Origin: Sphingomicrobium sp.
GTDB lineage: Bacteria > Pseudomonadota > Alphaproteobacteria > Sphingomonadales > Sphingomonadaceae
Length of the DNA: 60,983 nucleotides
Reading direction: 5' to 3'
Assembly (NCBI GenBank): GCA_035470745.1
Contig: DATIQO010000090.1
Span: forward strand, 1-60,983
The notes under the pieces were generated by a model. It had not been told where the DNA came from. It worked only from the letters and a program-made list of their open reading frames with translations, and made no database searches. Numbering within the stretch: position 1 is the first letter of the stretch; each line of letters opens with the position of its first letter. The translations under genes and the position numbers were made by a program. This document shows positions 1 through 12,772 of the stretch, in pieces.

Positions 1-77
1 GCTTGCTTGAACTGGCCTGCCGGCTCGTGACGCATCCGCTTCCCCCGTCGCTTTTTACGAGGGTTAGGCGGGACCGT

Positions 78-92
78 CTAAAGAACCGTTAA
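78..92 (-). promoter_or_regulatory. putative CtrA box (TTAA-N7-TTAG)
   Basis: Minus strand reads TTAA-CGGTTCT-TTAG, one mismatch from TTAA-N7-TTAA; lies upstream of a possible ATG at 35 preceded by GGGGGAAG. Confidence 0.4.
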
Positions 93-120
93 TTATGTTT
101 CGAAAGAATTGGGCTGCGGA

Positions 121-378
121 TCAGCCGGCGCTCTCCGCAAGTACCGTTAACCCGCGGTCGCTGACCTCGGCGAAGCCGCCGGTCACGGGAATGCGCTCCG
201 GCTGCGCGCCGGCGGTGCGATACACCGCGATTTCGCCGTTGCGCAGGGTCGTCATATAAGGTGCGTGGCCGGCCATGATGCCGGACTCGCCTTCAACGCC
301 CGGGACGACAACCATGTAGACGTCGCCAGACGTGACCATCCGGTCCGGAGTGACGAGCTCAAAATGCAGATCGGCCAT
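121..378 (-). CDS. atpC: F1 ATP synthase epsilon subunit (85 aa, N-terminal beta domain only)
   Basis: [10 protein letters not shown]...[16 protein letters not shown]...GGFAEV motifs; last gene of the atp operon. Confidence 0.95.
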   Translation of the reverse strand: MADLHFELVTPDRMVTSGDVYMVVVPGVEGESGIMAGHAPYMTTLRNGEIAVYRTAGAQPERIPVTGGFAEVSDRGLTVLAESAG

Positions 379-563
379 TATTCCTTGCCTTCAATCGCCT
401 TGTCGAATGCGGACAAGGCCGCTTCGAACTTGTCGCGGCAGCCGGTGTTGCAAAAGCCGACGACCTTGCCGCGATAAACCGTCAGGCTATCCTTGCTGAC
501 CGGGTCGCCGGACCACGGGCAGACCTGATTGACGCAATCGTCGAGGCGAAGCTCGCGAGCCAA
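378..563 (-). CDS. small Cys-rich YHS/TRASH-like protein
   Basis: [11 protein letters not shown]...[20 protein letters not shown] start with GGAGG in the atpD tail; stop overlaps the atpC ATG. Confidence 0.8.
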   Translation of the reverse strand: MARELRLDDCVNQVCPWSGDPVSKDSLTVYRGKVVGFCNTGCRDKFEAALSAFDKAIEGKE

Positions 564-566
564 TCG

Positions 567-5109
<4,543 letters not shown>

Positions 5110-5317
5110 GCGCGAAAAGCTCCAGTACCGGAATGTTGCCCCGATGCGAAAAACGGGGCGTGGAAACGGCTTGCACCGCACGCCCCCGATCGGTTGGCGC
5201 GCCCCTAGCAAGGGGTTTGCAGCGATGCAACCGCAAGCTTTAGGTTTGACCGCAAGCTTGCGGAAGCGGCGGCTGGCGAGCGGAGCTAGACGAGGCTTCG
5301 AAAGGAGCCATCGCCAC

Positions 5318-5782
5318 ATGTCATACGTCGTTCGGGGACTGGACCCCGCCCCTTTTCGGCCGCTCTTCGGTTTGTCGGACGAACGGCTTGCTGAGCGCGG
5401 CATCGTACGGATGACCGTCACCTCCCCGACCTTTCCCTGCCGGGTGAGCCTCAAGGATCGCGAGATCGGCGAAAGCGTCCTCCTGCTGAACCACGTCAGC
5501 CACGATGTCGCCAATCCCTATCGCGCGAGCCACGCCATTTTCGTGGCGGAAAACGCCGAGGTGCAAGCGGAGTACGTCGACGAAGTGCCTCCTGTTTTCA
5601 AGAACCGCGTGCTTTCCCTGCGCGGCTTCGGCGCGGACGGGATGATGAAGGACGCGGTCCTCGCCCAGCCGGGAGAGGCTGACGCTGCAATCCGCAAGCT
5701 GTTGGGCAATCCCGAGATCGAAATGATCCATGCTCACAACGCGGTGCGGGGCTGCTATTCCGCGAAGATCGAAAGGACCTGA
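5318..5782 (+). CDS. DUF1203 family protein
   Basis: AAGGAG RBS; FPCRVSL, PYRASHAIF, HAHNAVRGCY. Confidence 0.8.
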   Translation: MSYVVRGLDPAPFRPLFGLSDERLAERGIVRMTVTSPTFPCRVSLKDREIGESVLLLNHVSHDVANPYRASHAIFVAENAEVQAEYVDEVPPVFKNRVLSLRGFGADGMMKDAVLAQPGEADAAIRKLLGNPEIEMIHAHNAVRGCYSAKIERT

Positions 5783-5829
5783 AGATGGCGAGCCTTGCAC
5801 CTCGCGCCGAGGCAAGTAGAGCGGAGCCG

Positions 5830-6897
5830 ATGGCGACCGTCACCCGCCTCGATCCGGATACGGCCTGGGCAGCCTTCATGCGGCGCGACCGCAGCTGGGA
5901 CGGCCGCATCGTCTGGGCGGTGAAGACCACTGGCATCTACTGCAAGCCAAGCTGTCCGGCGCGTCGGCCCAAGCGTGAACATGTGCTCATCTATTCGTCG
6001 ACGACCGAGGCGCGGGAGGCGGGCTTCCGTCCCTGTCTCCGCTGCAAGCCGGACGAGGTCGGCCGCGATCGCGAAGCCGTTGCGGCGGCGATCAAGCTGA
6101 TCGAGGCGGCCGAGGAGATGCCGAGCCTCGCCGAGCTTGCGGCTGCGGTGGGCTATGCGCCGCACCATTTCCAGCGGCTCTTCAAGCGTGACCTCGGTGT
6201 CTCTCCGGCCGAATATGCCCGCGGTCTTCGCAACCGCCGGACCGAGCTTGCGCTGAAAACAAACAGCCGTGTCACCGACGCGGTTTACGAGGCGGGCTAC
6301 CAGAGCCCGAGCGGGTTCTACAGCGATGCCAAGGAGAGGCTCGGCATGACCCCTTCTGCATGGCGCGACGGCGGTCGCGGCGAGACGATCCGCTGGACGA
6401 CATTCGACAGCCCCCTTGGGCAGATGCTGATCGCGGCGACGTCGAAGGGAATTTGCCGTTTGACCTTCGACGACAGCGAAGCAACGCTAAAGCGCCTTTT
6501 CCCCAAGGCGACGATCATCGCGGATGATGGAGGATTGAAGGAACTGGTCGGGGGAGCGCTCGAAGCCATTGAAAGGCCGCTAGCAGCGCCCGATTTGCCG
6601 ATCGATGTCGCCGGCACTGCATTCCAGGAGGCAGTCTGGCGCGAACTGCGCAAGATCCCGCCCGGCGAAACGCGCAGCTACGCCGAGATCGCGGCAGCGA
6701 TCGGCCAGCCTACTGCCGTTCGTGCCGTAGGAAGCGCCAATGGCGACAATCATGTCTGCGTCCTCATTCCATGCCATCGCGTGATCCGGAGCGATGGGAC
6801 GCTTGGCGGGTATGGCGGCGGCATAGAGCGGAAGAAGATGCTTCTGGCCGCCGAGGGGCATGTCGTCGCCTCCCCGGAACTTCCGCTCGCCAACTAG
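5830..6897 (+). CDS. ada: bifunctional Ada regulator / O6-methylguanine-DNA methyltransferase
   Basis: TTGIYCKPSC and RPCLRC Zn site, AraC-type HTH, IPCHRV active site; alternative start at 5785. Confidence 0.93.
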   Translation: MATVTRLDPDTAWAAFMRRDRSWDGRIVWAVKTTGIYCKPSCPARRPKREHVLIYSSTTEAREAGFRPCLRCKPDEVGRDREAVAAAIKLIEAAEEMPSLAELAAAVGYAPHHFQRLFKRDLGVSPAEYARGLRNRRTELALKTNSRVTDAVYEAGYQSPSGFYSDAKERLGMTPSAWRDGGRGETIRWTTFDSPLGQMLIAATSKGICRLTFDDSEATLKRLFPKATIIADDGGLKELVGGALEAIERPLAAPDLPIDVAGTAFQEAVWRELRKIPPGETRSYAEIAAAIGQPTAVRAVGSANGDNHVCVLIPCHRVIRSDGTLGGYGGGIERKKMLLAAEGHVVASPELPLAN

Positions 6898-6950
6898 CTG
6901 CTTGCCACCGCCCGTCGTTTTGGCTGAACAACAGTCCAAACGGAGGGTTC

Positions 6951-7853
6951 ATGCAGCAAGTGTTGGAAGCGCCGGGCGATAGCGAACGGCCGCTCTGGAG
7001 ACGCATCGCCGACTATCCACTGGTGGCGTTGGTCATTGCCGTGGTGCTGTACATCGTTGCGGTGGCCTTTGGCATTGGGCTGCGGTCGATCCCTCTTCCG
7101 ATCGGACCCGATTGGAACGAGATTGTCCACGCGATCATCGAAATCTGCCTTGTCCTTGCGGTCTACAAGTTCGTCATCATCCGCCTGGGGGAACACCGGC
7201 GCGACGACCTGCCGGCGCACCATGCATTGCGCAACCTCGGCCTTGGACTTGCTGCTGGCTGCCTCATCTTCAGCGCGATTGTCGGACTTGCCGCGCTTGT
7301 CGGCGTCTATCGGATTACAGGTGCCGGCGACGCGTCCCGCCTCGTCCTCGAACTCGTCGGAACAGCGATTATCCCGGGTTTCATGGAGGAGATGCTGTTC
7401 CGCGGCATCCTCTTTCGCTGGCTGGAGGAATTCGGCGGCAGCTGGGCCGCGCTTGTCCTCACATCCGCCTTGTTCGGCCTTGCCCATATCATGAATCCGA
7501 ACGCTACGTGGTTCTCGTCCTTTGCGATCGCGGTTGAGGCGGGTGTTCTCCTTGGCGGCGCCTATATGCTGACCCGCAGCCTGTGGTTTCCGATGGGGCT
7601 GCACGCCGCCTGGAATTTCACCCAGGGCGAAATCTTCGATGTTCCGGTTTCAGGCCTTGGCGAGCACGGGTTGGTCGAGGCCAAGCTGAGTGGGCCTTCG
7701 CTGCTGTCGGGCGGCCAGTTCGGCCTCGAGGCGTCGCTGCTCGCGCTGCTCGTCGCGACCGCAGTCGGCATCTGGATCGTGTGGGCGGCAGTCGAGCGCG
7801 GCGAGCTGATGATGCCGCGCTGGGTGCGCCGGCGAGCGGCGAGTGCTGCCTAA
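6951..7853 (+). CDS. CPBP (CAAX/Abi) family intramembrane glutamic protease
   Basis: EEMLFRG, FGLAH, HAAWN motifs; many TM segments; GGAGG RBS. Confidence 0.9.
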   Translation: MQQVLEAPGDSERPLWRRIADYPLVALVIAVVLYIVAVAFGIGLRSIPLPIGPDWNEIVHAIIEICLVLAVYKFVIIRLGEHRRDDLPAHHALRNLGLGLAAGCLIFSAIVGLAALVGVYRITGAGDASRLVLELVGTAIIPGFMEEMLFRGILFRWLEEFGGSWAALVLTSALFGLAHIMNPNATWFSSFAIAVEAGVLLGGAYMLTRSLWFPMGLHAAWNFTQGEIFDVPVSGLGEHGLVEAKLSGPSLLSGGQFGLEASLLALLVATAVGIWIVWAAVERGELMMPRWVRRRAASAA

Positions 7854-10021
7854 AGAAAGCTGTAGGGATCGACGTCGACGCTGACGCGGACCTTGGCGTT
7901 CCAGTCCACCGCCGCGAGCCATTCGCGGATTACATCCTGGACGTCGAGGCTGCGCCGGGCGTGAACGAGGAGCCGCTGGCGATGCCGGCCGCGGAGCATC
8001 GCCAACGGAGCCGGTGCCGGCCCGAAGACCGCCATGCCATCGACCGTCGGCGCGGCGCTCCCGATCCGCCGCGCCACCCCTTCCGCTTCGGCTGCGTCTT
8101 CGGCGGAAACGATGATCGCCGCGAGGCGTCCGAACGGCGGCATCGCGGCTTCGCGTCGCGCCTCGGTCTCGGTGGCGTAGAAGCCCGGCGCATCGCCGGA
8201 CACGAGCGCGGCGATGACTGGCGCCTCGGGGTCGTGCGTCTGGACGAAAACGCGCCCAGGCTTCTCGCTGCGCCCGGCGCGCCCGGCGACCTGCTGGATC
8301 TGCTGGAAGCTGCGCTCAGCCGCGCGCAAGTCGCCGCCGGCAAGGCCAAGATCGGCATCGACCACCCCGACGAGGGTGAGGTTGGGGAAATGATAACCTT
8401 TGGTGACAAGCTGGGTCCCGATGACGACGTCGATTGCGCCGGCCTCCATCGCGCCGACGAACTCTGCTGCGCGCAGCGGCGACCAGATCGTGTCAGACGT
8501 TACGATCGCGGTCCGCGCATCGGGAAAAAGCTCCGCAACCTCGTCGGCGATCCGCTCGACGCCGGGACCACAGGCGACGAGGCTGTCTTCCTCCCCGCAT
8601 TCCGGACAGGTCTTGGGCGGCGGCATGACATGGCCGCAATGATGACAGGCGAGGCGGTGCATCAGCCGATGCTCGACCATCCAGGCGGTGCAGTTTGGAC
8701 ACTGGAAACGGTGGCCGCAGTGGCGGCACAGGGTCAACGGCGCGAAGCCACGGCGATTGAGAAAGAGCAAGGACTGTTCGCCGCGATCGAGATTGGCCTC
8801 GAGCTCCGCGACGAGTTGCGGCGCCAGCCAGCGGCCGCGCGCGGGCGGGTCGCGGGTGAGGTCGATCGCGCGGATTTCTGGAAGCGCCGCACCGGCGAAG
8901 CGTTCTGACAGCGAAACCTCGCGGTAACGCCCCAATTCGACCATGTGCCGGCTCTCGATCGGCGGCGTCGCGGTCGAAAGAATGACCGGAATGTCCTCGA
9001 ACTTGCCGCGCATCACGGCGCAGTCGCGGGCATGATACTGGACGCCGTCCTCTTGCTTGAAGCTCGGCTCGTGTGCCTCGTCGACCACGATCAGCCCGAG
9101 TTTCGGATAGGGAAGGAAGAGGGCGGAGCGGGCACCGACGGTCACCGCGGCTTCGCCGCTTGCAATGCCGCGCCAGGCGCGGCGTCGCTGCGAGGAACGA
9201 AGGTCGGAGTGCCAGGCGACAGGCGAGCAGCCAAAGCGCGCCTCGAACCGCTTCAGGAATGGCTCGGTGAGGGCGATTTCGGGAAGGAGCACGAGCGCCT
9301 GCCTTCCCTGGCGCAGACACTCGGCGATGGCTTCGAAATAGACCTCTGTCTTGCCCGAGCCCGTCACGCCGTCGAGGAGTACGGGATCAAAGCCTTTCCC
9401 GATCGCTTGTCCAAGACTTGCCGCTGCCGCGCTTTGCGCGCCGTTGAGCTCGGGCGGTGCATGATCGGGGTCGGGTATCGCAAGCGGGCGATCGGCATCG
9501 ACGGCGATGGCTTGGAGTGCGCCGGCATTGACGAGTCCGCGAAGAACCGCCTCGCTGACCCCTGCATGATGCGCGAGCTCGCGGATGGTGCCCTGGCGGC
9601 CCTCCAGCGATGCGAGTGCCTTTTCGCGCAGCGGCGTCGACCGCTCGGGCATAACCCCCGTCGGCCGATATTCCGTTAGTTGGCGGGATCCCTCGAGCGC
9701 GGCTGACGAGGGCAGGACCATCCGCAGCACTGAAGCGAGCGGCGCGAGATAATAGTCGGCCGTCCATTCGCAAAGCCGGCGCAGCGGCCCTGCGATCGGC
9801 GGCACATCGAGCAGCGCGCCGAGCGGGCGCAGCCGAGCGTCCGGAACTTCGGCGGTCGGCAGCCGGTCGCTCTCCCACGCAATGCCGAGGAGCTGACGCG
9901 GCCCGACCGGCACGACGACCACCGAACCCGGGCCAACCTCGAGGCCCTCGGGCACTCGATAGTCGAGCGGCCCAAGAGCATTATTCATGGTGACGACACG
10001 GACGCGGCTAAGCATTGCCAA
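7850..10021 (-). CDS. priA: primosomal protein N'
   Basis: GVTGSGKTEVY, DEAH, four CxxC motifs, QVAGRAGR. Confidence 0.97.
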   Translation of the reverse strand: MAMLSRVRVVTMNNALGPLDYRVPEGLEVGPGSVVVVPVGPRQLLGIAWESDRLPTAEVPDARLRPLGALLDVPPIAGPLRRLCEWTADYYLAPLASVLRMVLPSSAALEGSRQLTEYRPTGVMPERSTPLREKALASLEGRQGTIRELAHHAGVSEAVLRGLVNAGALQAIAVDADRPLAIPDPDHAPPELNGAQSAAAASLGQAIGKGFDPVLLDGVTGSGKTEVYFEAIAECLRQGRQALVLLPEIALTEPFLKRFEARFGCSPVAWHSDLRSSQRRRAWRGIASGEAAVTVGARSALFLPYPKLGLIVVDEAHEPSFKQEDGVQYHARDCAVMRGKFEDIPVILSTATPPIESRHMVELGRYREVSLSERFAGAALPEIRAIDLTRDPPARGRWLAPQLVAELEANLDRGEQSLLFLNRRGFAPLTLCRHCGHRFQCPNCTAWMVEHRLMHRLACHHCGHVMPPPKTCPECGEEDSLVACGPGVERIADEVAELFPDARTAIVTSDTIWSPLRAAEFVGAMEAGAIDVVIGTQLVTKGYHFPNLTLVGVVDADLGLAGGDLRAAERSFQQIQQVAGRAGRSEKPGRVFVQTHDPEAPVIAALVSGDAPGFYATETEARREAAMPPFGRLAAIIVSAEDAAEAEGVARRIGSAAPTVDGMAVFGPAPAPLAMLRGRHRQRLLVHARRSLDVQDVIREWLAAVDWNAKVRVSVDVDPYSFL

Positions 10022-10115
10022 TCATTGTTGATCGCTCCAGCTTTTCACGCGCCGGTTCGGGGGCGCTTGTCGTCAAGTCGATATCAGCGAGGCAGAGGCC
10101 GAAGAGAAGTAGTGA

Positions 10116-10895
10116 CTAGCGCCCGCGATTCTTGCGATGGGTATCGAAATCGAGCACCGCGGAATCATCGTCCGGCTGCAATAGACCGAGCCTGCGGGCG
10201 ACCTCCTGATATGCCTCCTCGACTCCGCCAAGATCCTGCCGGAACCGATCCTTGTCGAGCTTCTGGCCCGACTTCATGTCCCACAGGCGGCATCCGTCCG
10301 GGCTGATCTCGTCGGCGAGAATGACCCGGCTATAATCGCCGTCCCACACCCGTCCGAATTCGAGCTTGAAGTCGATCAGGCGGATCCCGATCGCCGCGAA
10401 CATGCCCGAGAGGAAGTCGTTTACGCGGATCGCCATGTCGGCGATGTCATTCATCTCGTCCTGCGTCGCCCAGCCGAAGCAGGCGATATGTTCGTCGGCG
10501 ATCATCGGATCGCCAAGCGCATCGTCCTTGTAATAATATTCGATGATCGTCCGCGGCAGCTGCGTGCCTTCCTCGATGCCGAGGCGCTTCGAGAGCGAAC
10601 CGGCCGCGACATTGCGCACCACGACCTCGATCGGGATGATTTCGACCTGGCGGATCAGCTGCTCGCGCATGTTGAGGCGGCGGATGAAATGGGTGGGGAC
10701 GCCGATCGTCTGGAGCGCCGTGAAGATATGCTCCGAGATACGGTTGTTGATTACGCCCTTGCCGCTGATCGTTCCGCGCTTCTGGGCGTTGAACGCGGTC
10801 GCGTCGTCCTTGAAATATTGAATGAGCGTGCCGGGCTCGGGACCCTCGTAGAGGATCTTGGCCTTGCCCTCGTATATCTGGCGGCGGCGAGCCAC
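10116..10895 (-). CDS. purC: SAICAR synthetase
   Basis: [40 protein letters not shown] start with GGAG RBS. Confidence 0.97.
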   Translation of the reverse strand: MARRRQIYEGKAKILYEGPEPGTLIQYFKDDATAFNAQKRGTISGKGVINNRISEHIFTALQTIGVPTHFIRRLNMREQLIRQVEIIPIEVVVRNVAAGSLSKRLGIEEGTQLPRTIIEYYYKDDALGDPMIADEHIACFGWATQDEMNDIADMAIRVNDFLSGMFAAIGIRLIDFKLEFGRVWDGDYSRVILADEISPDGCRLWDMKSGQKLDKDRFRQDLGGVEEAYQEVARRLGLLQPDDDSAVLDFDTHRKNRGR

Positions 10896-10935
10896 GGTTC
10901 GCGTCACTCCAACGAAAAATAAGGAAGAAGCGGCG

Positions 10936-10964
10936 GCTATAGGCGAGCCGCCGCCCCTCCGCAA
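10936..10964 (-). promoter_or_regulatory. putative sigma70 promoter of purC
   Basis: TTGCGG-N17-TATAGC about 40 nt upstream of the start; overlaps a 9-bp inverted repeat at 10930-10954. Confidence 0.5.
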
Positions 10965-11218
10965 TTCATCCATCTTACCGTGAGGTGGTGGTTGCGAGCT
11001 TGCTGGGGACTAAGCTCGCAGGAACCCGCTTCCGAAGCGGGAAAACAAGGACTTAGCAATCTTTCAAGCGCCGGCTGATTCGGCGCGGCGACGGCGGTGC
11101 CAGGAAGGCAATCCGACCATTGGACAAACGGCTGAATGTGCTGGTTCAACACGCGAACTCGAGTGGATAGGGCGGAGCGCGGTGCGTGCGGGCCGCGCTC
11201 CTTAACTCGCTTGTCGCC

Positions 11219-11398
11219 TCACTTCGCTCGCTTCGCCTTGGCGGCCCAGGGGGCCTGGTACTCGATCCTGTTCAGGACCTCGAAGGCGTTCCCGACGGCG
11301 TGGCCAAACCGGGCAATCCCATGCGCAAGCGCGGCGCCGAGCTCGGTGCGCGCAGCCTGGTAGTTGCGGTCGTAAATCTCGTCGATCATGGTGATCAT
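11219..11398 (-). CDS. 59-aa small hypothetical protein (MITMIDEIYDRNYQAAR...EYQAPWAAKAKRAK), not in the ORF track
   Basis: Translated by hand; strong AAGGAGGAAAGG RBS; GC-rich third codon positions; alternative ATG at 11389. Confidence 0.75.
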   Translation of the reverse strand: MITMIDEIYDRNYQAARTELGAALAHGIARFGHAVGNAFEVLNRIEYQAPWAAKAKRAK

Positions 11399-11422
11399 CC
11401 TTTCCTCCTTTTTTCCCGCGGG

Positions 11423-11611
11423 TCAGATCGCCAGCGGATATCCGTCGAGCCGGTCGTTCGCGGCGCCAAGCGCCAGTTCGATCAGCTCGAGGCGGCGAGC
11501 CTCGTCGAGCACGTGCCAGGAACGGGCAGTCGAGCGCATTGCGTCGACTTTAGCGACCTGCTCGACGGGGCCGTTTTCAACGAACGCACGATCGGTGTGG
11601 CCATAAGACAT
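11423..11611 (-). CDS. 62-aa small hypothetical protein (MSYGHTDRAF...)
   Basis: GGAAGGGAG RBS before ATG 11611; host-like codon usage; divergent from the LysR gene. Confidence 0.6.
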   Translation of the reverse strand: MSYGHTDRAFVENGPVEQVAKVDAMRSTARSWHVLDEARRLELIELALGAANDRLDGYPLAI

Positions 11612-11744
11612 GGCGCGTCTCCCTTCCTGTTGGTGGTCGCCGGCGAAGGTGGCTTTGGGGGGAGGGATTTTTCCTTCGCCAGCGACGTGAATTCTATCTA
11701 TGTTCCAGCGCCGACGAACGCCAATCAAACGCTTCGCGGAAACG

Positions 11745-11759
11745 ATAAACTGGACTTAT
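11745..11759. promoter_or_regulatory. LysR recognition box ATAA-N7-TTAT (T-N11-A)
   Basis: Dyad ATAAactggacTTAT between the LysR gene and the divergent small ORFs. Confidence 0.65.
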
Positions 11760-11770
11760 GAGGTGGGTTG

Positions 11771-12724
11771 ATGAGGAGGCTTCCGCCACTGGCTGCGATC
11801 AGGGCCTTCGAAGCCGCTGCGCGGACGGAGAATTTCACCGCTGCGGCAGCTGAGCTCGGGATGACCCAGGCGGCAGTGTCCTACCAGGTGAAGAGTCTCG
11901 AGGAGAGGATGGGTGCGCCGCTGTTCGTGCGCGAGAAGGGGCGGGTGAGGCTGACCCCGCTCGGCGGCCGCCTGCTCCCTGCGCTGTCGAGCGCCTTCGA
12001 TGCCATCGAGGCAGCTTTTGCAACCCATCGTGAGGAAGACGAATCGCTCCTGACGATCACCACGACGCACACGTTCGCGAACACCTGGCTCGCGTGGCGT
12101 CTTGGTGCATTCCAGATCGACCATCCCGAGCTGGCGGTGAGGATGACGACGAGCAACGAGCTCGTGGACTTGCGTTCGGGCGATGCCGATGTCGCCATCC
12201 GCGCCGGGCGAGGCGACTGGGAAGGTCACGAGCATTACGAGCTCTTCAAGTCGAGCTTCACCCCGATGGCGAGCCCTGCCTGCGTCGCGGAAGTCGAGGC
12301 AGGGCTTGGCCGCAAGCTCGAGCCGCGCGACATCCCGCACCAGCACCTCATCAACCCGAGCGACGATTGGTGGCAGCAGTGGTTCGCCGACAATGGCGTC
12401 CCCGCGGATGATGGCGTTTTTCGTCGCCCCGGCGTTCGTCTCGACAGCCAGGCCGACGAAGGCCACGCGGCCATGGCGGGGCAGGGGTTCGCCTTGCTGA
12501 CGCCGCTCCTGTGGAAGGGGGACGTTGCAGCTGGACGCCTGACGGTCCCGTTTCGCGACCGCGTATCGACGCGCGGCTGGGCCTATTGGCTAGTCTACCC
12601 GACCGAGCGACGAATGGTCCCCAAGGTGAAGCGGTTTCGCGAGTGGCTGCTGGCCGAGATGAAGCGCGCGCTCGAGGACGCGGCAGGCGGCTGGCCGCAG
12701 CCCTTGCCGATCGCCGCCGAATAA
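11771..12724 (+). CDS. LysR family regulator, GcvA/LsrB-like
   Basis: RLPPLAAIRAFEAAAR..FTAAAAELGMTQAAVSYQVKSLE; DVAIRAG; FREWL. Confidence 0.95.
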   Translation: MRRLPPLAAIRAFEAAARTENFTAAAAELGMTQAAVSYQVKSLEERMGAPLFVREKGRVRLTPLGGRLLPALSSAFDAIEAAFATHREEDESLLTITTTHTFANTWLAWRLGAFQIDHPELAVRMTTSNELVDLRSGDADVAIRAGRGDWEGHEHYELFKSSFTPMASPACVAEVEAGLGRKLEPRDIPHQHLINPSDDWWQQWFADNGVPADDGVFRRPGVRLDSQADEGHAAMAGQGFALLTPLLWKGDVAAGRLTVPFRDRVSTRGWAYWLVYPTERRMVPKVKRFREWLLAEMKRALEDAAGGWPQPLPIAAE

Positions 12725-12772
12725 GCCGCCGAACCGGTGGCGGGCCGCCGCCGCGCTTGCTAGGCAGGACCC

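Noticed and set aside
1..35. Start of a minus-strand gene running off the window (MRHEPAGQFKQ)
   Set aside because: Only 11 codons are visible, so it cannot be supported
7583..8908. Long antisense ORFs (this one, 19010-20455, 46814-48070, 27412-28578 and others)
   Set aside because: Typical shadow frames of GC-rich genes, with no motifs or RBS support
10930..10964. Purine riboswitch or attenuator before purC
   Set aside because: No recognisable aptamer; the hairpin overlaps the predicted promoter rather than lying in the leader
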